Shown: positions 18,590-29,613 of the stretch, one piece after another
Position numbering within the stretch: the stretch's first letter is position 1
How the letters are laid out: each line of letters begins with the position of its first letter
Notes under the pieces: model-generated
Seen by the model: only the letters and a program-made list of their open reading frames with translations
Told to the model about the DNA's origin: nothing
Database searches by the model: none
Source: a virus
DNA: 64,000 nt
Reading direction: 5' to 3' (one strand)
Virus record (IMG/VR): IMGVR_UViG_3300029418_000119
Program-made: the position numbers and the translations under genes

Positions 18590-19281
18590 TGGAATTAACC
18601 CGTAAATGCAAGATTTGCGGGAAGAACATTTTCATCGAGCGAGACCGTAGCACGTTTTTCTACGACAAGACTGGTTTTTATCATAAGGATTGTTTTGTAG
18701 AAAAAAAGAAAAATCAAAAACGCCCTTGGACAGATGACCTGCTAAGGGCATTTTTTGACAAAGTGAATGACACTACGGATAAAAAGGTCGATGATCTTCT
18801 TTCCAAAAAGAGAGAGCAAGACCACAATCGTGAGCTTGCACATATCAAACAGGAAGAGAAAAAGATTCTTTTCGACCATATTCGAGATATATACGCCCCG
18901 GCGGTTGTTCCGGGTAGCTTCTACTCGAAACTTACGCAGTTAATTTCCGGTAATTATTACAAATATAGAGGTTCTATTCCTCCGCTAGAACTCTACGATA
19001 TGTGGGTTCTAGCGAAACCCCGATTGGATAAAGTAATTGCCGAGAAAGAAGCAAAGGGTTGTGATATGAGTCAGCGATGGAATTACGACTTGGCTGTTTT
19101 GTTGGCTCAATATCCCAGTTATCTTGAACGAAAAGAAAGACTAGCTTCGATTCGCAGCGAAAGCGAAGGAAAAACGAAGGATAATCTGACTGAAACGGTA
19201 CTGAAACGGATGAAAACAGCACCGAAACAGAGTAAAAACGAGAATGAAATTGATATAAATGCAATTCTCGATGAAATATAA
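18589..19281 (+). CDS. hypothetical protein with N-terminal zinc finger
   Basis: CKICGKN ... HKDCF; start overlaps the preceding stop (TAATGG). Confidence 0.35.
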   Translation: MELTRKCKICGKNIFIERDRSTFFYDKTGFYHKDCFVEKKKNQKRPWTDDLLRAFFDKVNDTTDKKVDDLLSKKREQDHNRELAHIKQEEKKILFDHIRDIYAPAVVPGSFYSKLTQLISGNYYKYRGSIPPLELYDMWVLAKPRLDKVIAEKEAKGCDMSQRWNYDLAVLLAQYPSYLERKERLASIRSESEGKTKDNLTETVLKRMKTAPKQSKNENEIDINAILDEI

Positions 19282-19295
19282 AAAGAGGTTGGTAA

Positions 19296-19712
19296 ATGGA
19301 TAATACAGTTCATGACGCTCAAAGATTGAAGGAGCTTCAAGCACTTCCTCTTGAGCGAAAGATTCAGATCACTCAAAATCGCATCCAAGAATGGTATATG
19401 CACTACGACGGTGGCGTGTATGTCAGTTTTTCTGGTGGTAAGGATTCTACTGTACTTGCTCATCTGACGAAACAGCTGTTTCCAGATGTTCCGCTTGTGT
19501 TCAGTAACACGGGGTTGGAATACTCGTCTATCCAGAAGTTTGCACGAGATGCGGATGCGGTTTTTGTTTATCCCAAGATGGGATTTAGTGATGTTGTCTC
19601 TACATATGGTTATCCTCTTATCTCTAAAGAAGTGGCAGAAGCGATTTATTACGCTAGACGAATCAGAAATAGCGGCGCAGCCACCATGAGAGAGAGAGAG
19701 AGAGAGAGTTAA
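19296..19712 (+). CDS. PAPS-reductase-like PP-loop protein, N-terminal part (ends inside the (GA)10 repeat)
   Basis: PP-loop VSFSGGKDS; ORF terminates right after the GA repeat. Confidence 0.65.
   Translation: MDNTVHDAQRLKELQALPLERKIQITQNRIQEWYMHYDGGVYVSFSGGKDSTVLAHLTKQLFPDVPLVFSNTGLEYSSIQKFARDADAVFVYPKMGFSDVVSTYGYPLISKEVAEAIYYARRIRNSGAATMRERERES
19688..19708 (+). repeat. (GA)10 dinucleotide repeat
   Basis: gagagagagagagagagagag seen directly in the sequence. Confidence 0.95.
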
Positions 19713-19753
19713 GAACAACTCTCAGGAAAAGACAGGAACTTCTGGGTTTAAGG

Positions 19754-20518
19754 ATGAACAGTCCGGGAGGTGTCTTTAGCAACCCGTGGCTTTATGATAA
19801 AACAGGAGTATTTCAGGGAAATAGACGAACGATTCTACTTGGAAATGAACCGGGAGCTGAAATGCAAGCTGGAACGAAATCGATGTTCAACAAAGAGAAA
19901 TGGCTTCCAGCGACACAAGAACTTCCATTCGCAATTTCTCATTACTGTTGCTCAGTAATGAAGAAAAGTCCAATGAAGAAGTACGCAAGGGCAACTAAGC
20001 GGAAACCAATTATTGGAACTTTGACAGATGAAAGCCGTGTTCGCAAACAGGCGTGGATTCGACATGGGTGTAATGCCTTTGATAGCAAGTCGCCGTCTAG
20101 TCAGCCTATGAGTTTTTGGACTGAGCAAGATGTACTCGCTTTCATCAAACAGTCAGGAATTCAAATCGCTGATGTTTATGGCGATATCGTTCCCACGAGT
20201 GATAAGCCAGAAGCTCCACTGTGTTGTACTGGATGTGATCGCACCGGATGCACATTCTGCGGATTTGGAGCTCACAACAAAAATGATAACAGATTCTTGA
20301 CGCTTGCCGAACTTGATCCTAAGAAGTACGAGTACAGTATGAATGGTGGTCAGTGGGTGGATAACCCTGCGTATGATGCGATAGCACCTGAATACGACGG
20401 TGTATGGAAGAATTGGAACCCGAAGAAAATTTGGGTGCCCAGTAAGGAAGGTCTTGGCCTGAGAAAAGTTTTTGATATGTTCAATGAACTGTATCCAAAC
20501 AACAAAATTCAGTATTAA
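19754..20518 (+). CDS. PAPS-reductase-like protein, C-terminal part (its frame is open back through the GA repeat to 19673)
   Basis: GTLTDESRVRKQ and SFWTEQDVLAFIKQ resemble the C-terminal half of the PAPS reductase family; CCxxxKKxP and a CTGCDRTGCTFCGF cysteine cluster. Confidence 0.6.
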   Translation: MNSPGGVFSNPWLYDKTGVFQGNRRTILLGNEPGAEMQAGTKSMFNKEKWLPATQELPFAISHYCCSVMKKSPMKKYARATKRKPIIGTLTDESRVRKQAWIRHGCNAFDSKSPSSQPMSFWTEQDVLAFIKQSGIQIADVYGDIVPTSDKPEAPLCCTGCDRTGCTFCGFGAHNKNDNRFLTLAELDPKKYEYSMNGGQWVDNPAYDAIAPEYDGVWKNWNPKKIWVPSKEGLGLRKVFDMFNELYPNNKIQY

Positions 20519-20540
20519 AAGTATAAAGGGAGGTGGATGA

Positions 20541-22064
20541 GTGGAACTCATTTCAAATATCCCGAACGAAATTCTATTTGTTGGCGCAATTTACAAGCAT
20601 CCTGACTATTTGGTCGAGTATGGGCATTATGTCAAGAGCAAGTACGATTTTGCCGATGAAGCAACAAAATTTTTTTACGATGCAGCGTTGATTATTTATG
20701 AAACTCGGACTCAAGAATTTAATAAAACGTCTGTTTTAACGTTTATGGCTGAAGACGAGTCCAGATTGTCCCAATATAAGCGGCTGAAGGGCTGGTCAAC
20801 CATTGAATACTACATGAATCTTGCGAATGACGATGATATCAAGGGATATTTCAATATCCTGAAGAAATATTCGCTACTTCGTGAGTATCAGAGAAACGGA
20901 TTCAACATTGAAGGAATCTTGAAGCACCGGCAGTTTGAAATGTTTGGTGCTCAGGACATTTATAAACTGATTCGTGGCAAGGCCGACAAGATCAATACGG
21001 TTATCATTACAAACGATGATGCTGAGATTTTGAATAACGGTCTGCTGCCGATGGTTAATGAACGTTTGAGTGTTCCTGATATGGGCTTGCCGTTCCAGTA
21101 TCCTATCATGAACGATTTGTTCCGAGGATTGAAGCTGGGCACCGTGATGTTCAATGGTATGCCATCTAATGCTGGTAAGACTAGATACATGATGGCGATT
21201 GTTGCATACGTCACATTGGTTCAAAAGCAAAAAGCACTCCTGCTGCTGAACGAGATGGATCTTGAGTCAGTCCGATATTGCTTACTGGTCACCGCCATCA
21301 ATAATCCTGAGTTTCAAGAGTTGCATGGTCATCGTTTCCATAAGGACGAGCGAGAAATTACCCTTGGAATGTACCGGGATGCAAACGGAAATTTCATCTT
21401 CCGAAAGCAAAATGAAGATGGAGAATACATAGAAAGCATTGATGAGTTTACCGCTCGTGTCTACGAAGAAAGCGAAGAATACCGCAATGTGCTTGATGTT
21501 TGCCAGTGGATTGAGAACGAATCACAAGGCTTGATTATCGCAAAAGATGTTTCTGCCGATTATAGTGATAAGTCCCTGCGATTTGAAATTCAGAAGGCAG
21601 CTCTCACGCAGGGAGTTAAGTATGTGTTCTATGATACTTTAAAGAACGATATTGCATCTATTGGTGAATGGGCAGCGTTTAAAGTCACAGCCACAGAGCT
21701 TGAAGAGACTGCGAAAAACCTGAAGATCTTTATCTATGGTAGTATTCAGTTGGCCGAAAACGCTCATGAGTATCTTCCTGATGAGCTGAATTCAAACAAC
21801 ATTGCTGAGTCAAAAATGATTAAGCATGTTGCTTGGACGATGGTTCTGTTCAAGGAGATTCCAAAAGATAAGTTCGCGAAGTATCAATACATCTCTCATG
21901 ACCCTGAGTGGGGCGGTGACTGTGCCCATCGGCTAAATCCAGATAAGCGGTATTACGTTGGAAACATCGATAAGAACCGCTTTGGTGAGAAAAAGAAAAT
22001 CATGTTTGAAGTGAATTTGAATCAGAATATTTGGAGAGAGGTCGGTGTCTGCACCAGAAAGTAA
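20541..22064 (+). CDS. DnaB-like replicative DNA helicase
   Basis: Walker A-like NGMPSNAGKTRYMMAI (compare DnaB GARPSMGKT); primase gene follows; GTG start after AGGGAGGTGG RBS. Confidence 0.55.
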   Translation: MELISNIPNEILFVGAIYKHPDYLVEYGHYVKSKYDFADEATKFFYDAALIIYETRTQEFNKTSVLTFMAEDESRLSQYKRLKGWSTIEYYMNLANDDDIKGYFNILKKYSLLREYQRNGFNIEGILKHRQFEMFGAQDIYKLIRGKADKINTVIITNDDAEILNNGLLPMVNERLSVPDMGLPFQYPIMNDLFRGLKLGTVMFNGMPSNAGKTRYMMAIVAYVTLVQKQKALLLLNEMDLESVRYCLLVTAINNPEFQELHGHRFHKDEREITLGMYRDANGNFIFRKQNEDGEYIESIDEFTARVYEESEEYRNVLDVCQWIENESQGLIIAKDVSADYSDKSLRFEIQKAALTQGVKYVFYDTLKNDIASIGEWAAFKVTATELEETAKNLKIFIYGSIQLAENAHEYLPDELNSNNIAESKMIKHVAWTMVLFKEIPKDKFAKYQYISHDPEWGGDCAHRLNPDKRYYVGNIDKNRFGEKKKIMFEVNLNQNIWREVGVCTRK

Positions 22065-22073
22065 GGAACTACA

Positions 22074-23096
22074 ATGGTAAATATCGCAGATCTGAAAAAT
22101 TACATTCTTGAAGAACAGCAGATTGAACCGATTCTGGAGGAACTTGGTTGTCATCATATCAGTCACAAGACTGGTTATTACCAGTGTGCAAATCCAGATG
22201 GTGACAATAGAACGGCACTCTGTATCTACGAGAATGAAAATCTTACTGCGGTAGATTACACACGAGATATTGCCAATGGAAAGACCAGTTATGATTTGAT
22301 TTCTGTCGTCCAGTTCTTTCTGGAACTGTCTTTCCCAAAAGCTATTAAGCAAATCTGCGAATGGGTTGGACTTGACTACTATCACAACTTCGAGGAAGAC
22401 CTTCCTAAAAGTATGTTGATTCTAAAAGAACTCATCGCCATGCAAAGTGAAGGTGAAGAACACGAGGATGACCGTCCGATAGTCCCAATCTCCGAAGCCA
22501 TCCTCGGTTATTACAAACCTTATGTGAACCAGATTTTTGCTGACGATGGGATATCTTATGAGACGCAGCAGGAGTTTGAGATTGGCTTTGATGAACTGAC
22601 AAATAGAATCACGATTCCAATCAGAGATGAAATTGGTACTCTGGTTGGTGTAAAGGGAAGATATTTTGGCAAGCCGCCTGAAGGTGAATTAAAGTATCTA
22701 TATCTTGAGCCGTGTGCCAGAAACCGTATTCTGTATGGCCTGTATAAGACAGAGCCGTACATTAAGAATGAAGGTCTGGTATATGTTGGTGAAGCTGAAA
22801 AGTCTGTCATGCAGATGTGGAACATGGATGTCTACAACTGTGTGGCGACTGGCGGTAAGAAGGTTTCACAGAATCAAATTGAAATTTTAACACGTCTTTG
22901 CGTTGATATTTGTTTTGTATTTGATAAAGACGTTCAGCTTAGTGAGCTTATGGTTCTCGCTAATCGATTTGTCGATGGCGTAAGTGTGTATGCTGTAGTA
23001 GATGATAAAGGGATTCTGGATGAAAAGGAAGCCCCGACTGATAATCCTGAAAAATTTAAGGCATTGATTGAAAACTGTGTTAGGAGAATTAAATGA
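22074..23096 (+). CDS. DNA primase (zinc-binding plus TOPRIM)
   Basis: CHHISHKTGYYQCANP zinc motif; VYVGEAEKSVMQMW TOPRIM-like glutamate motif. Confidence 0.55.
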   Translation: MVNIADLKNYILEEQQIEPILEELGCHHISHKTGYYQCANPDGDNRTALCIYENENLTAVDYTRDIANGKTSYDLISVVQFFLELSFPKAIKQICEWVGLDYYHNFEEDLPKSMLILKELIAMQSEGEEHEDDRPIVPISEAILGYYKPYVNQIFADDGISYETQQEFEIGFDELTNRITIPIRDEIGTLVGVKGRYFGKPPEGELKYLYLEPCARNRILYGLYKTEPYIKNEGLVYVGEAEKSVMQMWNMDVYNCVATGGKKVSQNQIEILTRLCVDICFVFDKDVQLSELMVLANRFVDGVSVYAVVDDKGILDEKEAPTDNPEKFKALIENCVRRIK

Positions 23097-24835
23097 ATGT
23101 AAAACTCTGGAAGGGGAGTAGGAACGACCTATCAGACCCGATTGGAACGATTATGGAGAACAGAGGGGTTGAGGATTATAAGACCTACATGAACCTAGAT
23201 GATTCTTGTCTGAATTCTCCGTGGGAACTGGACAACATGGAAGATGCTGTCCGGCTGTTGAACAAACATATCTGGAATAAGTCTATTATCTCTATCCTTG
23301 TAGACTGTGATGTGGATGGATTCACAAGTGCTTCAATGATGTTTCAGTATTTGAAGACGATTGGTTATTTTGGAAAAATCAATGTTCTGCATCATAGTGG
23401 CAAAGAACACGGACTCTCTAAAGAAATTGAAGTTCCACCTGAAACTACCTTGCTGATTATTCCTGATGCTGGCAGCAATGATGTTGAGCAGTGTAAGGAA
23501 CTTCGTGATAATGGCATCGATATTCTGATTCTTGACCATCACATCTGCGACAGAGAGAATCCTTACGCAGTAATCGTCAATAACCAGAATGGTACATATC
23601 CTAATAAGGAATTGTCTGGCGCTGGCGTGGTGTATAAGTTCCTTCAGGCTGTTGATGAATATAATTGGACTGATGTTGCAGACAGGTATCTTGATCTAGT
23701 GGCCGTCGGAAATATCGGTGACGTCATGGATATGCACTCACACGAGACAAAGCGCCTTTGCACGAAAGGTCTTGCGAGAATTGTGAATCCAATGATTTGC
23801 GCTCTGGTTGAAGCGAATAGCTTCAATATTAAGGGTGACCCGACTATCAATGATGTTCAGTTCTACATCGTTCCGATGATGAATGCACTGATTCGTGTTG
23901 GTTCATCCGAGCAGAAGAAGCGGATGTTCCGTGCAATGGTCGGTGAGGAACAGACATTCCAGTACACTCCGACTCGTGGCAAGAATGCCGGTGTCACGAT
24001 TGACGAGACTCTGGCACAGCATGTAGCTCGTGAGTGTTCGTCTTGCAAGTATCAGCAAAACAAGACCAAAGACAAGGCTGTCGCAGAGCTTCAAAACTGG
24101 ATTTCTAAGTATGGAGCGGACAGAAGTAAAGTTTTGTTTTGTAATTCCACTGGCATTCTGGACAGTAATTTGACTGGCGTTGTAGCAATCAAGTTGGCTG
24201 AAATGTATGGTAAACCTTGCGTACTACTTCGAGAGATGGCCTGCCCTGAAGAGCCAGACGAGAATCAAGAGTATTTTGGTGGTTCAATGAGAAATCCTGA
24301 CGGTTCTCCGATTGAAAGTTTAAAAGAGTTTTTGATGAGCACCGGAGATTTTGAGTCGGTTCTTGGTCACGATAATGCCGCTGGCGTAAAAATCAAGAAA
24401 AAAAACGTACCAAAGGCGATTGCGGATTGCAATGAACTGCTTAAAGATGTCACGATGAGTAAGGCGATCGTGGTCGATTTTGATTTTGACTATAGTAAGT
24501 TGACTGTTGCATTGCCGAAGACCATGTATGAAATGCATAAAATCTGGGCACAGGGAATCTCCGAACCGTATTTCTACATTAAAAACATTCCGCTGATTCA
24601 TAGTGGATGTGCTCCGATGGGCAAGAATGGTAATATGTGGAAATATTCTGATGAAGAAAAAGGCATTGATTTTGTGTGCTTTGCTGATAATGGCCGGATG
24701 ATTGGCTGGATCAACAATGACTTTTATGGTGATCAGGAAGAAAAATACATCAATGCTGTATGCCGGTTATCTTTAAATCAGTACGGGAACAAAGTAACTC
24801 CGCAGGCGCAGATTGTTGATTTTGAGGTGATTTGA
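23093..24835 (+). CDS. DHH-family phosphoesterase, RecJ-like ssDNA exonuclease
   Basis: DHH motifs VDCDVDGFTSA, IPDAGS, LILDHH. Confidence 0.6.
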   Translation: MNVKLWKGSRNDLSDPIGTIMENRGVEDYKTYMNLDDSCLNSPWELDNMEDAVRLLNKHIWNKSIISILVDCDVDGFTSASMMFQYLKTIGYFGKINVLHHSGKEHGLSKEIEVPPETTLLIIPDAGSNDVEQCKELRDNGIDILILDHHICDRENPYAVIVNNQNGTYPNKELSGAGVVYKFLQAVDEYNWTDVADRYLDLVAVGNIGDVMDMHSHETKRLCTKGLARIVNPMICALVEANSFNIKGDPTINDVQFYIVPMMNALIRVGSSEQKKRMFRAMVGEEQTFQYTPTRGKNAGVTIDETLAQHVARECSSCKYQQNKTKDKAVAELQNWISKYGADRSKVLFCNSTGILDSNLTGVVAIKLAEMYGKPCVLLREMACPEEPDENQEYFGGSMRNPDGSPIESLKEFLMSTGDFESVLGHDNAAGVKIKKKNVPKAIADCNELLKDVTMSKAIVVDFDFDYSKLTVALPKTMYEMHKIWAQGISEPYFYIKNIPLIHSGCAPMGKNGNMWKYSDEEKGIDFVCFADNGRMIGWINNDFYGDQEEKYINAVCRLSLNQYGNKVTPQAQIVDFEVI

Positions 24836-24836
24836 T

Positions 24837-25184
24837 ATGGGAAATTGGAAACGTGCTATCGCCATCGACTTTGATGGCACTCTCTGTGAAAATAATTACC
24901 CTGATATCGGTGAGCCAAATTGGAATGTCATTTATCAAGCAATTCAGGAACAGAAACACGGTGCTGGTCTGATTCTCTGGACTTGCCGTGAAGGAAAGCT
25001 TTTGTATGATGCAATGGAGGCTTGCTTTGATTGGGGCATTCAGTTTGATGCAATCAATGAGAGTCTTCCTGAGTGGAAAGAGCATTTTGGCACTGCTCCT
25101 AGAAAGGTTGTAGCTGATGAATATTGGGATGATAAGGCTAAGGTTGTAAAAAATGGAGAGTTGATTGACAATGCTGATGCCTGA
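24837..25184 (+). CDS. HAD-like hydrolase (small)
   Basis: AIDFDGTL motif I of the HAD superfamily. Confidence 0.4.
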   Translation: MGNWKRAIAIDFDGTLCENNYPDIGEPNWNVIYQAIQEQKHGAGLILWTCREGKLLYDAMEACFDWGIQFDAINESLPEWKEHFGTAPRKVVADEYWDDKAKVVKNGELIDNADA

Positions 25185-25356
25185 ACAGTTTGAAGCAGAC
25201 GTTAAAGAATTTATCGCAGAATGCCAAAGCCATCCAGTGATAGATTTATCAAAAGATGATCCATGCGAAGGATGTCGCTTTGAGGACTTTTGCGATAGGT
25301 TTTATCCGGGCGATGGTAGCACATGGCATTGGCGAGTTTATGAGAGGGGTGAATGA
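25165..25356 (+). CDS. hypothetical protein
   Basis: Short ORF overlapping neighbours. Confidence 0.3.
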   Translation: MTMLMPEQFEADVKEFIAECQSHPVIDLSKDDPCEGCRFEDFCDRFYPGDGSTWHWRVYERGE

Positions 25357-26118
25357 ATGGTTTACATTACAGGCGATATTCATGGCGATTTTAATCGTCT
25401 CTTAGAGTTAAATAAATTTTGCATTAAACACAATCTTGGAAAGAATGATTGGATTATCTGTCTTGGTGATGTTGGTCTAAACTATTATGGTAAGGATAAC
25501 ATCAACGAATGGAGAGTTAAGACCATTGCTGCGGACATCCCTGCGAATTTATTCTGTATTCATGGAAATCACGAACGCCGCCCGTCTCGTAAGGATGGTT
25601 ATAGGACAAAGGAAATCAGTGGAGATATTTGTGGTAAGGTGTGGCATGATTCACATTATCCCAATCAGTATTTTGCTATTGATGGCGAAGTTTACCAGAT
25701 TCTTGCTGATAGGGAAATTCTGAACTGTCTTGTTTGCGGCGGAGCATATTCTGTAGATAAATATTATCGGTTGGAACGTGGATGGAACTGGTGGCCGGAC
25801 GAACAGCCTAATGAGAAGACTAAGAAAAAGATCTGGAATATTACACATGACCCTCAAATCGATGATATTGATGTTATGCTCACGCATACCTGTCCATTTC
25901 GGTTCATTCCAACTGAATTGTTTATCGGTGGTATTGATCAAAGCACAGTAGACCAGTCAACTGAAATATTCTTTGATAATATATACGAATGTTATCCTAA
26001 CGATTGTAAACCATTCTGGTACTTCGGCCATTTCCATGGCAACAAGTACACCGATGACTATGTGATGCTTTTCGACGATATTATTAAGTTTGGAGATAAG
26101 GTGAATACGAATGAGTGA
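25357..26118 (+). CDS. calcineurin-like metallophosphoesterase
   Basis: GDIHGD, GDVG, GNHE motifs. Confidence 0.65.
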   Translation: MVYITGDIHGDFNRLLELNKFCIKHNLGKNDWIICLGDVGLNYYGKDNINEWRVKTIAADIPANLFCIHGNHERRPSRKDGYRTKEISGDICGKVWHDSHYPNQYFAIDGEVYQILADREILNCLVCGGAYSVDKYYRLERGWNWWPDEQPNEKTKKKIWNITHDPQIDDIDVMLTHTCPFRFIPTELFIGGIDQSTVDQSTEIFFDNIYECYPNDCKPFWYFGHFHGNKYTDDYVMLFDDIIKFGDKVNTNE

Positions 26119-26353
26119 ATATCATGTGAGCTGTGGTATGTTTGGTATTTACGCAGGAACTGTTAAAAAGAATGGAACCGAATGGAAGGATAAAACTCGT
26201 GTCACGGATGAAGCTATCGAGGCAGTTCGTGATTGGCTTCTTTCTGAAGCTCAGTTCAACAATAGAACTTTTGGTGGATACACATGGACAACAAAGGACG
26301 GTAAGACTGTAACTTTGAGAGTGTCTATCGAAGATAAGGAGCAGACAGAATGA
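26111..26353 (+). CDS. hypothetical protein
   Basis: Short ORF with overlapping start. Confidence 0.3.
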   Translation: MSEYHVSCGMFGIYAGTVKKNGTEWKDKTRVTDEAIEAVRDWLLSEAQFNNRTFGGYTWTTKDGKTVTLRVSIEDKEQTE

Positions 26354-26384
26354 ATTTAAATAGTATGAAAGGTGGTGTTGCCTG

Positions 26385-29300
26385 ATGAGTAGCAGTTTAC
26401 ATACGCACTCATACTTTTAGCTTGCTCGATGGGTTCTCTTCTCCTGAAGAAAATCTAAAAAGAGCATCGGAACTTGGCTTGAAAGCTATTGCCATTACGG
26501 AACATGGTGAGGTGACAAGCTGGCCGTATTACTCAGAACTAAAAGACAAGTATCCTGACGTAAAGCTTCTTTATGGTATCGAGGCATATGAGTGCGAGGA
26601 TAGGGAAGTAAAGGACAAGAACAGTAAATACTGGCATCTGATCATCATCGCAAAGAATGAGGCTGGTCGTCAGACGGTTAATCGCTTATCTACACTCGGT
26701 CATCTTCATGGCTTTTATAGCCGTCCTCGTATCACAAAAGAGGATATCGCTAAGGAAGATACGAATAATTTGATTATCCTGTCTGCTTGTTTGGCGAGTA
26801 GACTGTCCAAAACGGATGATTATGACACTTGTGTCAAGCTAGTTCAAGAGTATAAGAGTTTATTCCCTCACTATTATCTTGAGGTTCAGGCTCATGCAAA
26901 TAGTGAACAAGCAAAATACAATCAGAAAATCATGCGGTTGGCAAACGACACTCATACAAAAGTAGTCGTCACAAACGATGTTCATGCTGCCACAAAAGAA
27001 GCTCTGTATTATCAAGACTACTTTCTGAGAATTGCTCATGATACAGAAACTGCCGCAGAAATCTACGAAGGATGCTACTTTATGTCTCGCAGGGAGCAAC
27101 ATGAAGTCCTTGACGGTCAGATTGGATATGATGCGGCAGAATGGTGTATCAACAATACCGATGAGATTGCTGACCTATGTGATTATGTGGATATGCCTTG
27201 GCACGAACCTGAACTTCCCAAAATCGAGATTCCTCCACAGTATTCCAACTCAGCAGCTTACTTAAAAGACCTTGTGAAAGAGGGATGGAAGAAACGCGGC
27301 ATTGACAAGTTTGATGTAGAAAAGCAGAAGATCTATCGTAAGCGTGTTGATGACGAGCTGTTTGTCATTGAGAAGAAAGACTTCTGTGATTATTTTTTGA
27401 TTCTGGTTGATTACATCAACTGGTGTAAGAAAAATGATGTCATTGTTGGCCCTGGTCGTGGTTCTGCCGCTGGTTCACTTGTATGTTACCTGATTGGCAT
27501 TACGCAACTTGATTCCATCAAATACGAGCTTGATTTCGGACGATTCCTTACCATTGAACGAAAAGACCTTCCCGACGTTGATGTAGATGTCAGTGATCGT
27601 GCCAAGGTTGTCGAGTATCTGACACGGAAGTACGGTGAAGATCGAGTAGTTCAGGTTATGAATATCGTGTACACCACTCCGGTCACTTCGATTCAGAATG
27701 TTGGCAAGGTGCTCGGTTTCCCGTATGCTGAGATTAGAAAAATCAGCGAGAAATTCGTTCAAAAGACATGGAAGGATTGTCTTGAAGCAAATCCAGAAGT
27801 GGCTGAGAATCCGAGATACAAAGAACTGCTTGATATTGCAGAGCACATCAATGGTCGCCCACGAGGGTATGGTATCCATGCTGGCGGTGTTATTGTCTGC
27901 CGACATCCTTATTATGAGTATATCGGTATCCGACACGGTGCCGATGGAGAGCACGTTATCTCTGTTGATAAGGTGATGGACGAGAAAATTGGACTTGTTA
28001 AGTTTGATATTCTTGGCGTTGCATCGCTTGTGGCTATTGATGAGGCAAAGCGTGAGGACAATATTCCAGACTGGGAAATTGACATTAACAATCCTGAGTT
28101 TGAAAATGACAAGGCATCCTATGATTTGATTTGTTCTGGCCGGACAGACAATCTATTCCAGATTGAGTCGTCTGGTATGAAGGATCTGGTTGCACAGCTT
28201 CAGCCGAGGTCGATTGAGGAGCTGTCAGCATTGATTGCTCTTTATCGTCCTGACGCAATGCCGTCTATTCCTACATACGTTGATTGCAAGTATCATCCAG
28301 AACACATTCATTATTTCCATCCTGATATGGAACCAATTTTCCGCAGCACCTATGGCGTGAACATCTATCAGGAACAGAGTATGAAGCTCACAAAGGTCTT
28401 TGGTGGCCGAAGCGATGCTGGTGCTGATAGAATGCGTAAGTGCTTAGCAAAGAAGAAACCTGAGAAGGTCAAGGAAGAGGTAGAACTTCTTCACGATGAA
28501 ATTCTTGCAAATGGATACGATAAAGCAACCGCCGAGTATATTTGTAACGAGTTGTCAACGAAGGGCGGCTACGGCTTCAACGCTAGTCATTCTCAAGCAT
28601 ACGCCGTCATCTGTCTTCAGACCGCATACTTGAAAGCCCATCATCCGCTTGCGTTCTTTAAGGCTATGCTGAACCTGAATAAAGCAAAGGTCGGTAAGGT
28701 CAATAAGATTATGGTGGACGCACGCAGCTTTGATATTCAGATTCTTCCTCCGAGTATCAATCGTTCCGGCATGGATTTTACTGTGTCAAATGGTAAAATC
28801 CTATTTGGCTTGTCTGCTATCGGTGGTATTGGCAATACACTTGCTGAGACTATCATTGCAGAACGAGATAGGAATGGAAAATTTAAGGGACTTGATGATT
28901 TCACGAGTCGTGTTCGTGCAACGAAAGCGCAGATCATTGCGTTGGTCAAATCCGGTGCGATTCCTACAAAAAACAAACGAATATTCTTGGAAAAGTACAT
29001 TGCCAGCGGTTTGGAACAATCTGAGTTTAAACCAGTCAGTACACTTCCTACCAAGGCAGTTTTGCTGAGTAAGTGGGATATTGATACAGAGCATTATAAG
29101 GTTGGTAAGAAGGTTGATAAAGAAACCGTCCTACGAATCTATAATGAAAAGCGCCGTGTCGTACATGAAACTGAAAAACTCAAGAAAAAGGAAGCGTACA
29201 TGGCCGAGCAGTCAGAGAAGTATTTGAAGGACGAGCAATTCTGGGAGTTCCAGACGTTGCAGACGTTTATTATCGATAAGAATCCGTTTGAAAAGGCATA

Positions 29301-29601
29301 CGAATACATTAAGGATTTCTCTGAGCTTGAAACTGGTGACTCCTGTGTACTGGTTGGTATTATCGCAAAGATTCAAAAGAAGAAAACAAAGACTGGTATG
29401 CAGTTTGCGTTTGTGAATCTGTATTCTGGCGATGGTATCATTGAGTTGACAGTATGGCCGAGAATCTTGTCAGATTATCAGGATTTGATTGTAAAGGGAA
29501 GTCAGGTAGCTGTGCTTGGAAAGAAGGAAGATGAATCACACGTTATTGCAAACGACTTCAAACCTTACAAGCAGTGGCTACATGATAGAGAGATAGCGTA
29601 A
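26385..29601 (+). CDS. dnaE: DNA polymerase III alpha subunit (PHP plus polymerase core), requires a +1 frame change at UUU-UAG (26415-26420)
   Basis: RBS AAAGGTGGTG then ATG 26385 gives MSSSLHTHSYF-stop. The +1 frame continues SLLDGFSSPEENLKRASELGLKAIAITEHGEV, which together match the PolIII alpha N-terminal PHP consensus (HLHVHSEYSLLDG). Later GPGRGSAAGSLVCYLIGIT signature. ORF-tool start 26422 is a TTG. Confidence 0.85.
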
Positions 29602-29613
29602 GAGGGTTATAAA

